Positions 9,526-18,017 of a stretch of DNA of 56,379 bases are shown in pieces. Numbering within the stretch: position 1 is the first letter of the stretch; each line of letters begins with the position of its first letter. The DNA comes from an uncultured Planctomycetales bacterium (GTDB lineage Bacteria; Omnitrophota; Gorgyraeia; Zapsychrales; GWA2-47-8): positions 1-56,379 of the forward strand of contig CAYHTV010000002.1 of NCBI GenBank assembly GCA_964359575.1, read 5' to 3'. The translations under genes were made by a program, and so were the position numbers. The notes under the pieces were generated by a model. It saw only the letters and a program-made list of their open reading frames with translations. It made no database searches and was not told the DNA's origin.

Positions 9526-10254
9526 TTATTCTTGTCCCGTGACTTCAATAAAAACATCTTCGAGCGATTTATCTTGGAGAACTTCTTTTTTCTCACCAAT
9601 GCGCACAATACGGCCGCGGTTTATGATGCCGATGGTTTTACAAAGTTTTTCGGCTTCCTCCATATAATGAGTCGTCAAAAAAATTGTCTTTCCTTCTTTA
9701 TTTAACTGGGCTAAATAATCCCAAATCAAAAATTTTAATTCCAGGTCACACCCGGCTGTCGGCTCATCCAAAATGAGGATCTCTGGGTCATGAATAAGCG
9801 CCCGGCATAAAAGCAGGCGCTTTTTCATTCCACCGGAAAGGGCACGGTGTTTGCAGTCGCGCTTTTCGGTCAATTGAAACCGATCCAAAAGTTCATCCGC
9901 GTGCCGCGAGGCTACCCAAGGCGTCACGCCAAAATATCCGGCCTGATAAACCAATAATTGATGGATAGTAAGAAAGGGGTCAAAATTAAATTCTTGGGCG
10001 CACAAACCCACCAGGCTGCGGGTCTTGGTATATTCGCGCGTTGTATCAAACCCAAAGACCTTGACATCACCTGCCTGATAGTTGGAAAGGCCGGTGATCA
10101 CATTGATTGTGGTTGTTTTACCGGCGCCATTGGGGCCCAGAAAGGCAAAAAAGTCTCCCCGTTTGACCTCAAAACACACATTATCCAAGGCCTGAAATTT
10201 GCCATAAAATTTTGTTACATTCTTGATGGAAATGGCGACTTCCGAATTGCGCAT
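9526..10254 (-). CDS. ABC transporter ATP-binding protein
   Basis: Walker A GPNGAGKTT, signature LSGGMKKR and Walker B ILILDEP. Confidence 0.9.
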   Translation of the reverse strand: MRNSEVAISIKNVTKFYGKFQALDNVCFEVKRGDFFAFLGPNGAGKTTTINVITGLSNYQAGDVKVFGFDTTREYTKTRSLVGLCAQEFNFDPFLTIHQLLVYQAGYFGVTPWVASRHADELLDRFQLTEKRDCKHRALSGGMKKRLLLCRALIHDPEILILDEPTAGCDLELKFLIWDYLAQLNKEGKTIFLTTHYMEEAEKLCKTIGIINRGRIVRIGEKKEVLQDKSLEDVFIEVTGQE

Positions 10255-10256
10255 GT

Positions 10257-11642
10257 TTATCCTGTTTTAGCGAGGGCTTCTTTGGCCTTCCGTGCGGCAT
10301 TGCGGACAATCTCCGGCAAGGCCGGATGAATATAAACCATGTTCAAAAGATCCTCTAGTGTACCAGCTTTGCACATAAACGCAATAAGCATATGGATCAT
10401 ATCCGCGGCCTCTTCACCAACAATATGCGCGCCTAAAATTCTGCGTGTTTTTCGATCGATCAAGATTTTACAAAAACCGTGATCGGAAAGCAAGGCCATA
10501 CCCATGGCACTGTTTTTATATGGATTTAGCCCAACCACGTAATCCACACCCTCCGCTTTCAATTCGTCCTCAGTTTTCCCCACACTGGCAACTTGAGGAT
10601 GAGTAAAAATGGCGTGCGGAATGGGGGGGTACTGGATCGGCGCAGCATCCCTTTGCTCAAAAACAGTACGAAAAAGGTATTCACCCTCAAAATTAACCGT
10701 ATGCCGATAAAAATATTTGCCGGTGCAATCGCCCATGGCATAAATTCCGGACACCGTAGTTTGTAAATATTCATCGACTTTAATAAATCCTTCTTCAGTT
10801 AACGCTATCCGCGTGTCCTTTAAATTCAACGTATCCGTATTGGGCACAATACCGCTCGCCACCAGCAGCGCTTCCGCCATCATGCGGCGTTCATCTTCAC
10901 TGGCATTCTGGTACATGACGGTAAATTGCCCATTGTGATATGCGATCTTTTTGGGAATCACACCGAGATGCAGAGAATGATATTGCGAAAAAACTTTGGT
11001 AAATTCTTCCACAATCTGCGAATCTTCTTTGCGCAATAAACTCCGCCGCACCAAAAAATGAACTTCGGTTCCTAACGCGCCATAAGCGTGGCCTAATTCA
11101 ACCGCGATGTAACCGCCGCCAATAACGATCATTTTGCGCGGTAGTTGAGTGTTGCGCAGGGCTTCGGTGCTTGTCAGGAAGGGTGTTCCCGCTAAACCGG
11201 GGATGTCCGGGATATAAGGGCGGGAACCCACCGCAATAAAAATTTTCTCAGCGGTTAACTGTTCGCCATTGACCTGCACGATTTTATCCGCAACGAATCG
11301 TGCCTCCCCAGGATAATAGGTGATATTTTGATTTTTGGAATAACCAGCAACAATTTTATCAGAGTCGGCATCAACGGTATTCGAAATGCGATTAACCAGA
11401 TTGGCAAAATTAACTGTAAAATTCGCGTCATTTCGAATATCAAACCGATGCGCTTCGCGGATTTGCACTGCCACATCCGCCGGGTGAATCAGCATCTTGG
11501 AAGGAATACAGCCGCGGTTAAGACAAGTGCCGCCGAGTTTATCTTTTTCGATCACTGCGACTTTAAGGCCTAACCGCGCGGCAGGCGCAGTGATCTTCGC
11601 CCCACCGCCGGAACCGATAACAATAACGTCGTATTTTTTCAT
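10257..11642 (-). CDS. class I pyridine nucleotide-disulfide oxidoreductase (glutathione/mycothione/dihydrolipoamide reductase family)
   Basis: 461-aa ORF with FAD motif VIVIGSGGG, redox-active disulfide GGTCLNRGCIPSK, NAD motif VIGGGYIAVE and a C-terminal HPALPE dimerisation motif. The substrate is not assignable. Confidence 0.8.
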   Translation of the reverse strand: MKKYDVIVIGSGGGAKITAPAARLGLKVAVIEKDKLGGTCLNRGCIPSKMLIHPADVAVQIREAHRFDIRNDANFTVNFANLVNRISNTVDADSDKIVAGYSKNQNITYYPGEARFVADKIVQVNGEQLTAEKIFIAVGSRPYIPDIPGLAGTPFLTSTEALRNTQLPRKMIVIGGGYIAVELGHAYGALGTEVHFLVRRSLLRKEDSQIVEEFTKVFSQYHSLHLGVIPKKIAYHNGQFTVMYQNASEDERRMMAEALLVASGIVPNTDTLNLKDTRIALTEEGFIKVDEYLQTTVSGIYAMGDCTGKYFYRHTVNFEGEYLFRTVFEQRDAAPIQYPPIPHAIFTHPQVASVGKTEDELKAEGVDYVVGLNPYKNSAMGMALLSDHGFCKILIDRKTRRILGAHIVGEEAADMIHMLIAFMCKAGTLEDLLNMVYIHPALPEIVRNAARKAKEALAKTG

Positions 11643-11729
11643 GTGATCATAAATGAAAAATGAATACTAACTTGGTGTATTCTAACAATCCAAAAATTAA
11701 ATGCAACAAGAAATTATTGTCTAAGCGGA

Positions 11730-12716
11730 TTATCGTACGGAATTGACAGCGAGGGAAGAATGTTCATCGATAAATTGCTGCAGGCGGTTGATAATTAAAT
11801 TCAATTCTTCCAGCCGCATGATATCCGCCCGCAGTTGGGCCGCATGGGGAAGACCGCGTAAATACCCGGCATAATGCTTGCGAAACGGAATAATTCCACC
11901 GCGCACACCTTTGTACTCAAAAGCGAGTTTCAGATGTTCGATGCAGATTTCAACCCGTTCTTGCACCGAAGGGGCAGGAAGGAGTTCGCCGGTCTGCAAA
12001 TAATGTTTCGCCTGCTTAAAAATCCACGGGTTACCGATTGCTGCCCGGCCGATCATGACACCGTCACAACCGGTTTCAAACATCCGCTTGACATCTTCCG
12101 CTGTTACCACATCGCCATTTCCAATAATGGGAAGCGAAGTAGCTTTTTTAATTTTTTCTAACCAGTGCCAGTCCGCAGAACCATTGTGTCCCTGATCACG
12201 TGTCCGGCAATGAATGGTCAAGGCCTGGGCACCGGCTTGTTCAATCATTTTTGCCACATCCAGAATCACGATACTGTTTTCATCCCATCCTAAGCGAGTT
12301 TTGACGGTAACCGGAAGCCCAGTAGCCTGAACAGTTGAACGGACAATCGCCTCGAAACGGGGAAGGTCGCGCAAAAGACCGGCGCCTTCACCGCGCATGG
12401 CAACATCTTTGACCCAGCAGCCGCAATTGATATCGATAAAATCCGGCTTAAAACTTTCCGCAACTTTGGCGGCTTTTTCCATTGATGTGTCAAGCCCCCC
12501 GAAAATCTGGATCGCGACCGGCCTTTCAGCATCGGTCACCGCAATTTTTCGAAGCGCCTTTTTGGCATCCCGGATCAATGCCTCGCTACTGGTAAATTCG
12601 GTATAAACAATATCCGCGCCCATTTTTTTGCAAATCAAACGGAATGGAATGTCTGTGACATCTTCCATTGGGGCGAGGGCAATGGGTTTCTCGATATGAA
12701 TTGAACCGATTTGCAT
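11730..12716 (-). CDS. dusB: tRNA-dihydrouridine synthase
   Basis: 328-aa ORF with Dus family patterns (LAPMEDVTDIPFRL, IDINCGCWVKDV, LTIHCRTR, GNGDV). Confidence 0.9.
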   Translation of the reverse strand: MQIGSIHIEKPIALAPMEDVTDIPFRLICKKMGADIVYTEFTSSEALIRDAKKALRKIAVTDAERPVAIQIFGGLDTSMEKAAKVAESFKPDFIDINCGCWVKDVAMRGEGAGLLRDLPRFEAIVRSTVQATGLPVTVKTRLGWDENSIVILDVAKMIEQAGAQALTIHCRTRDQGHNGSADWHWLEKIKKATSLPIIGNGDVVTAEDVKRMFETGCDGVMIGRAAIGNPWIFKQAKHYLQTGELLPAPSVQERVEICIEHLKLAFEYKGVRGGIIPFRKHYAGYLRGLPHAAQLRADIMRLEELNLIINRLQQFIDEHSSLAVNSVR

Positions 12717-12734
12717 AGGAAAAATTTCGTCAAG

Positions 12735-12816
12735 GGACGACCCTTCGGGTCGCCACTTGCCCGTGGCATGAAACCACGGGCAAGTACTGCAGCTAAATCC
12801 ACGGGCAAGCCCGTGG
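12735..12816. repeat. three consecutive GC-rich hairpins sharing the core CCACGGGCAAG
   Basis: The hairpins are 12735-12754 (7-bp stem with one bulged base, 5-nt loop), 12755-12785 (perfect 12-bp stem ACTTGCCCGTGG/CCACGGGCAAGT) and 12799-12816 (CCACGGGC AA GCCCGTGG). They lie directly upstream of the dusB start. Confidence 0.8.
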
Positions 12817-12837
12817 CCTTAGCTTCCGTAACAATTT

Positions 12838-13017
12838 CTAACGTGGAAAGGTTAATAATATTTCAATAATTTGATCGCGGTCTGCCCCTTGTGTTTGCAG
12901 GTAATACACATAGCTGTAGACAATCGCGGCGCAAAAAATAATTTTCACTAAAGCGCTGAAACGGTCTCCCAGAAGAAACCAAACATAAACCGCAATGAGA
13001 ATTAAAATTCCTAACAT
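12838..13017 (-). CDS. possible small membrane protein (59 aa), not in the ORF track
   Basis: Reverse-strand ATG at 13017 gives MLGILILIAVYVWFLLGDRFSALVKIIFCAAIVYSYVYYLQTQ..., with two hydrophobic segments. The RBS is weak and there is no homology evidence. Confidence 0.25.
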   Translation of the reverse strand: MLGILILIAVYVWFLLGDRFSALVKIIFCAAIVYSYVYYLQTQGADRDQIIEILLTFPR

Positions 13018-13062
13018 ATGGTTTTCTTTTACCCATAGGACTTTCGCGTTTGAATATAGAAT

Positions 13063-13148
13063 CTGTCATTCCCGCGAAGGCGGGAATCCATGCCTCTCGT
13101 CGAAGAGAAGACTAATGGATTCCCGACAAAGGCATTCGGGAATGACAA
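13063..13148. repeat. composite palindrome built from the unit CTGTCATTCCCGCGAAGGCGGGAATCCAT and its inverted, diverged partner
   Basis: 13063-13091 is itself a hairpin (CATTCCCGC/GCGGGAATC). 13115-13148 carries ATGGATTCCC...GGGAATGACA in inverse orientation. The same unit recurs at 38243-38271. Confidence 0.85.
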
Positions 13149-13241
13149 ACGCGTAAGTCCTAACCCAAAAATTCAAACGGGTTGCAATTTTTAACCTTAA
13201 AAAGTATACTATTAATTCCCAGTTAAGAATAGGAAAGTTTT

Positions 13242-14600
13242 ATGACACTCTTATTAAATTCTCATGAGCCGGCCATTGTCCGCGGAATTAAAACGGTCGG
13301 GGTCGGTAAAAGAGGCAGCAAAAATTTAACGCCGGAATTGGCGCAGGAAATCGCCGCTGATTTAAAGGCCGGCACCGTCAGCCCGGTAGCGGCCGGCGCT
13401 TTTTTCGGCGGATTATTCAATAAAGGTGTTGTGCCCGCAGAAATGGCCCTCGAGCAAGCCTTTGTCCCTGGGGCATTTAAAAATTATTCAAAATTTATTG
13501 CCTGTCTGGCGCCGGAAGCACCGTTAGACATTCAAAATATCTGTGTGCGTTTGCTGCAAAATGAAACACTGGATTTTGACGCCGCGTATCGGCTTGGGAA
13601 ATTCTTACTTTCGAAAGAGCCAGCTGATGCGGCACGCGGTTTGGCCGTCAGTATTCTGCGCGTTCGCTATGAAACTGATGCAGAGTACGCAGGTATCTTA
13701 AAAAGCTTACAAGAAACCATTGCCGAGCCTTTCCGTCAGCCCATCCCGGCCGGTAATCCCATTGTCCAGCTTGCTGAACCGTTCGATGGCGTTGATCATT
13801 CGTATCTCATAACACCGCTTTTGGCGCACTATGTCCAAAGGTGTGGCTATCGCGCTGTTAGTTTGGTCGGACGAAATAGCGGGCCTAAGATGGGGAATAA
13901 TTTACTTGATTTGATGCATGCCCTCCAAATTCCCTCATCTGAAGGTAATCATGATCTAGTACCGTTGCAACTAAATAATATTGGGAGAAATTTATCAGTG
14001 GTAAACGGTACCAGTGCCCCTCATCTTGATAAGAAGATAGTTGCAGGGGCACTAGAAAATGACAAACCGCTTTACGGCTGGTATTTTAAACAGCAAGATT
14101 TCTGTACGCCATTGGATCATTGGGTCGAATTGCGCCGCAAAACCGTCAAGCGGCCATGCTTTGCAACTTTAGAAAAATTTTTAAATCCTGCTCAGGCCAA
14201 AATTATTATTACCTCGGCCTTTCACCCGCCTTATAGCGTAAAGATGACAACCTTGGCCGAACAAGCTGGCTTCGCGGGCAGCATCGTGATCCGCAACGGG
14301 ATTGAAGGAACGCTGGCGTTTGCGCTTATGCGGCCGGTAAAAATCCTTTGTTCAGCCTGCCGAAAGGATGGAAGCCATATCCGTGAGGAATTAACCCTGG
14401 AACCGGAAAATTATTTATCGTCCAAAGTTTTAATGGAAGAAAAAATTGAAAACCCCTCTTTGGAGGAGAATGCGAAGCTCATCCAGGAATTTTATAGATG
14501 CGGCCAATCGCCCAATGAGCTTTTTAATTTGCGGGTAAAATTCAGTTGCGCGGGATTGCATCTCGCTTTAAATTGGGTTGAAAAGCAGTTAATCGCTTGA
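13242..14600 (+). CDS. divergent glycosyl-transferase-family-3 (TrpD-like) protein, function unknown
   Basis: 452-aa ORF with weak resemblance to the anthranilate phosphoribosyltransferase fold (N-terminal helical region LAVSILRVRYETDAEYAGIL, then AEPFDGVDHS...VSLVGRNSGPKMG where TrpD has GTGGD...KHGN). The canonical motifs are not intact. Confidence 0.4.
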   Translation: MTLLLNSHEPAIVRGIKTVGVGKRGSKNLTPELAQEIAADLKAGTVSPVAAGAFFGGLFNKGVVPAEMALEQAFVPGAFKNYSKFIACLAPEAPLDIQNICVRLLQNETLDFDAAYRLGKFLLSKEPADAARGLAVSILRVRYETDAEYAGILKSLQETIAEPFRQPIPAGNPIVQLAEPFDGVDHSYLITPLLAHYVQRCGYRAVSLVGRNSGPKMGNNLLDLMHALQIPSSEGNHDLVPLQLNNIGRNLSVVNGTSAPHLDKKIVAGALENDKPLYGWYFKQQDFCTPLDHWVELRRKTVKRPCFATLEKFLNPAQAKIIITSAFHPPYSVKMTTLAEQAGFAGSIVIRNGIEGTLAFALMRPVKILCSACRKDGSHIREELTLEPENYLSSKVLMEEKIENPSLEENAKLIQEFYRCGQSPNELFNLRVKFSCAGLHLALNWVEKQLIA

Positions 14601-14634
14601 TAAGGAACACGCCGATATTTTATTCAGCCATAAA

Positions 14635-15939
14635 ATGATTACACAGGATTCCAAAAGGAAAATTTCGTTTTATACCTTTGGTTGCCGCTTGAACCAAGCT
14701 GAGACCGCGGTTATTAAAAATATTTTTCAAAAGGAAAATTATGAGATTGTTGATTTTTCCGAACCGGCAGACGTGGTTGTGGTGAATACCTGCACCGTGA
14801 CGGAAAATGGCGACTCGGATACCCGCAGGCTTGTTTCCAAAATCAACCGCCTCAATCCGCAGGCTAGGATCGCGCTTATTGGCTGCCAAGCCCAAATCCA
14901 AAAAGAGAGGCTCACTGAACTTCCCAATGTTTATTGGGTGGTGGGGAATGCCAAAAAATTTGATTTGCCAAAAATTTTACAGGAATTGGATTCGCGTTCT
15001 AAGCCCAAAGTGATTGCGCCGGCCATCACGCGGGAGCCCTTTACCATTCCCGCGGCCGGTATTGATACGGATCACACCCGCGCGAATATCAAGATTCAAG
15101 ATGGCTGTGACTTTTTTTGTTCATTTTGCGAAATTCCTTATGCGCGCGGCCGTTCCCGCAGCCGTGAGTTTCAAGACATATTGAATGAAGCGCACATTTT
15201 AGCCGAGGCGGGCCACCGTGAAATTATTTTAACCGGGATCAATGTGGGAACGTACACGAACGCGCAACAGAGCTTCATGGATGTCATCGGCAAGCTAGAA
15301 AAAATTGAAAAAATTACCCGCATCCGTATTTCGTCCATTGAACCAACCACAATCCCTAAACAACTTATTGAGCGCATGGGGCAGCCTTCTAAACTCTGCC
15401 GTTATTTGCATATCCCACTGCAAAGCGGGCACGATACTATTTTGCAGCGTATGGCCCGCAAATACACCGTTAATGATTTTACAAATTTTATCGAATACGC
15501 TAAACGTGCCGTACCGGGAATTTGTATTGGTACAGACGTCATCGTGGGATTTCCAGGAGAGAAAGAGGAACATTTTGCCGCGACATACGAATTGCTGCGA
15601 AATCTGCCCATTGATTATTTTCATATCTTTAGCTATTCGAGGCGGTCTTTAGCCAAAAGCCGCTTTTTGACCGATACTATTGCGCGCGAGATTATCGAGC
15701 GGCGCAGCCAAATTTTACGCGAGCTTAGCCAGCGCAAACGGCGGTTGTTTTTTGAAACACTATTAGGAACAACTCAAGAAGTCCTTTTTGAAAATCAAAA
15801 GTGTGGATATTGGGTAGGCCTGACGGACAATTATGCCCGGATTAAAGTTCAATCGGATGATATTTTAAAGAATCAAGTTCGTAAGGTAAAACTGCGCGGC
15901 ATTGCAGGAGAAATCATATTGGGAATGCTCAGCGAATAA
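14635..15939 (+). CDS. mtaB: radical-SAM methylthiotransferase, MtaB type
   Basis: 434-aa ORF with N-terminal MTTase motifs (FYTFGCRLNQAE, VVNTCTVT, GCQAQ), the radical SAM CDFFCSFC motif and a C-terminal TRAM-like end. Confidence 0.85.
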   Translation: MITQDSKRKISFYTFGCRLNQAETAVIKNIFQKENYEIVDFSEPADVVVVNTCTVTENGDSDTRRLVSKINRLNPQARIALIGCQAQIQKERLTELPNVYWVVGNAKKFDLPKILQELDSRSKPKVIAPAITREPFTIPAAGIDTDHTRANIKIQDGCDFFCSFCEIPYARGRSRSREFQDILNEAHILAEAGHREIILTGINVGTYTNAQQSFMDVIGKLEKIEKITRIRISSIEPTTIPKQLIERMGQPSKLCRYLHIPLQSGHDTILQRMARKYTVNDFTNFIEYAKRAVPGICIGTDVIVGFPGEKEEHFAATYELLRNLPIDYFHIFSYSRRSLAKSRFLTDTIAREIIERRSQILRELSQRKRRLFFETLLGTTQEVLFENQKCGYWVGLTDNYARIKVQSDDILKNQVRKVKLRGIAGEIILGMLSE

Positions 15940-15942
15940 TTT

Positions 15943-16698
15943 ATGCGCAATTTTCCATCCCTCATCATATTTTTTATTTTTTTAGCTGCGAGTCCGGGAA
16001 ATAGAGTATCCTGGGCCACCGGGGCAGAGCCCTTTGCGGTTGTCGAACTTTTTACTTCGGAAGGGTGCTCAAGCTGCCCGCCGGCCGATGCCTTACTGCG
16101 CACACTAACGGCTGAGGCACGCAATTCACAAGCGCGCATTTTTCCGCTCAGCTTCCATGTGGATTATTGGAATGATTCGGGCTGGGTGGACCCTTTTAGC
16201 AGCAGCGCGTTCAGCGAGCGCCAGCGGCTTTACGCAAAAATCAATAAAGCCAGGAATATCTATACGCCGCAAATTATCGTGAACGGTACCCAGGCATTTG
16301 CCGGATATAACTTTGATTTGGCCCGCCAGAGCTTAAACCAAGCCCTCAGCCAGCCAGCCACGATCGAAATTGAACTGGAAATTATTTCAAATCTTTCAGC
16401 GGCCAATTCGCTGGCAATCAATTATCACGTTACCGGCGCTATGCATAATCATAGTCTCAATATCGCGGTTGTGGAACGCGGCCTCAGCGACGACGTTCTT
16501 AAAGGGGAAAATGCCGGCCTGCGTTTGTCCCATGATAATGTCGTGCGCAGTTTTACAACGATCAAATTGAAAAAATTTCACGGGACGATGACCGTCGTAA
16601 TTCCCCAAAATGTCAAAGTGAAGAATGCATCCCTCATCGGTTTTGTGCAAAATCCCTCCGACATGGTCATTTTAGGCGCGGCCAGCTTGGATTTGTGA
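15943..16698 (+). CDS. DUF1223 family secreted thioredoxin-like protein
   Basis: 251-aa ORF with a signal-like N-terminus and the motif ELFTSEGCSSCPPAD followed by FHVDYWN. Confidence 0.75.
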   Translation: MRNFPSLIIFFIFLAASPGNRVSWATGAEPFAVVELFTSEGCSSCPPADALLRTLTAEARNSQARIFPLSFHVDYWNDSGWVDPFSSSAFSERQRLYAKINKARNIYTPQIIVNGTQAFAGYNFDLARQSLNQALSQPATIEIELEIISNLSAANSLAINYHVTGAMHNHSLNIAVVERGLSDDVLKGENAGLRLSHDNVVRSFTTIKLKKFHGTMTVVIPQNVKVKNASLIGFVQNPSDMVILGAASLDL

Positions 16699-16789
16699 CG
16701 AAAATCGTAATGTTATTTATTCTCCTTCGCCCGCCACGAATCTTAGCGGGCTTCGAAGGAATTACTCTGCACGAGAATATTCCTGCGAA

Positions 16790-17046
16790 GCAAAACTAAT
16801 GATTCTATTAGTTTTGCGGAGCAGAATAGACAAAGGAGTGAAGATATGTTATAAGTAAATTGGAAAATTTAAGAAAAATGACAATGAAAATGACAAAACA
16901 AATATTTATCCCGGATTTTGCACGCACACACAAATTGCGCACAAAATTGTGCGGGCAAAAATCCGGGATTACCCCGCCGAAACAGAAAAATCTCTTCGAG
17001 ATTTTTCTGGGCGGCCCTTCGGGCAGATTTTGCTTTGCAAAATCTG
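16790..17046. repeat. train of four strong hairpins (10-13-bp stems)
   Basis: The hairpins are 16790-16817 (GCAAAACTAAT/ATTAGTTTTGC), 16910-16967 (CCCGGATTTTGC/GCAAAAATCCGGG, imperfect with one extra A, with inner 16938-16953), 16984-17008 (AGAAAAATCTC/GAGATTTTTCT) and 17024-17046 (CAGATTTTGC/GCAAAATCTG). The last three lie inside the annotated 5' end of ORF 16860. Confidence 0.85.
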
Positions 17047-17564
17047 GGTTTATCGCCGCAATTATTTTAGCGATGATTCATCCAGCCCAGGCCGTGATGG
17101 TAAAGTACATCGATGAATTTGGAAAAATGCATTATGCCGATACGGATTATACAAATGTCCCGGAAAAATATTATTACCAGGTCAAGGATCAGATAGAAAA
17201 AGCTCAAAAGCAAGACACAAAAGCTGCCCCTGCTGAAGAGAAACCAGCACCTAAGGCTCCTTTAGAAAGCACCGTCAGCAGCAAGACGGGATCGCCGTTT
17301 CTTACTCCAGCCGTTCCTACCACAGAAAATCAAACAAAAAACGTGGAACTCTACGTGAAAGCAGACTGCTCGCAATGTTTTTTGTTGGAAAGTGTTCTGC
17401 GGCAGCGAAAAATTATCTACGCGAAATATGATGTTGAAAGCGATCTAGGACGTCATAAATACCGCGCCCTCGGAGTGAAGGAAGTCCCAGTGACCAAAGT
17501 CGGCGGCCAAATTATCGTTGGTTTTGATCTCAATGGCATTTATGCCGCCCTTAATGATAAATAA
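16860..17564 (+). CDS. DUF4124-like / glutaredoxin-like fusion protein (start uncertain)
   Basis: A signal-peptide-like segment (GFIAAIILAMIHPAQA) is followed by KYIDEFGKMHYAD (DUF4124-like), a low-complexity linker and a C-terminal glutaredoxin-like fold (VELYVKADCSQC...VPVTKVGGQIIVGFD). The first ~55 codons are hairpin repeats, so the true start may be downstream. Confidence 0.55.
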   Translation: MENLRKMTMKMTKQIFIPDFARTHKLRTKLCGQKSGITPPKQKNLFEIFLGGPSGRFCFAKSGFIAAIILAMIHPAQAVMVKYIDEFGKMHYADTDYTNVPEKYYYQVKDQIEKAQKQDTKAAPAEEKPAPKAPLESTVSSKTGSPFLTPAVPTTENQTKNVELYVKADCSQCFLLESVLRQRKIIYAKYDVESDLGRHKYRALGVKEVPVTKVGGQIIVGFDLNGIYAALNDK

Positions 17565-17585
17565 TCTCCCGCGCATACTCTTCCC

Positions 17586-18005
17586 ATGAAAAAAGGGCAA
17601 GGCTTTACATTAGTTGAAATGCTTATTGTTATTATGGTCATCTCGCTCTTAATGACCATTTTAGTGCCTCATGTCGTGCGGGTACGCCTTTTGGCTAACG
17701 AGAGTTCGGCGCAGGCCACCCTAAAAGCCATTGCAACTTCCCTGGAAAATTATGCCAATGATAATGGTATTTATCCCACTGATCCTAATCTGCTCTTTAC
17801 CGCAAATCCGTCTTACATCACCGTTGATTATTTTTCCGGAATTTATAATGGCTATACCTTTGCCCATCAAATTTCAGTCCAAAGTTATGAAATTACGGCA
17901 ACGCCGGTCAATTCCAATGCCGGAAGCCAAATTTTTTTCATTACGACCGGAGCGGTACTGACGGTGGGGAACCCTAACTCATCATCAGATTCCACGGGTT
18001 CTTAA
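17586..18005 (+). CDS. prepilin-type N-terminal cleavage/methylation domain protein (type IV pilin-like)
   Basis: MKKGQGFTLVEMLIVIMVISLL is a canonical G/FTLVE prepilin leader with a hydrophobic helix. Confidence 0.85.
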   Translation: MKKGQGFTLVEMLIVIMVISLLMTILVPHVVRVRLLANESSAQATLKAIATSLENYANDNGIYPTDPNLLFTANPSYITVDYFSGIYNGYTFAHQISVQSYEITATPVNSNAGSQIFFITTGAVLTVGNPNSSSDSTGS

Positions 18006-18017
18006 GGAATAAAATAA

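Noticed and set aside
12863-13069. 68-aa tracked ORF on the minus strand
   Set aside because: It runs into the 29-nt hairpin unit and has an implausible Arg/Cys-rich sequence. The alternative 59-aa hydrophobic frame (12838-13017) is more gene-like but still weak.
16910-17046. Regularly spaced hairpins considered as a CRISPR-like array
   Set aside because: The units are inverted repeats of differing sequence and length, not identical direct repeats separated by unique spacers. No cas genes are present in the window.
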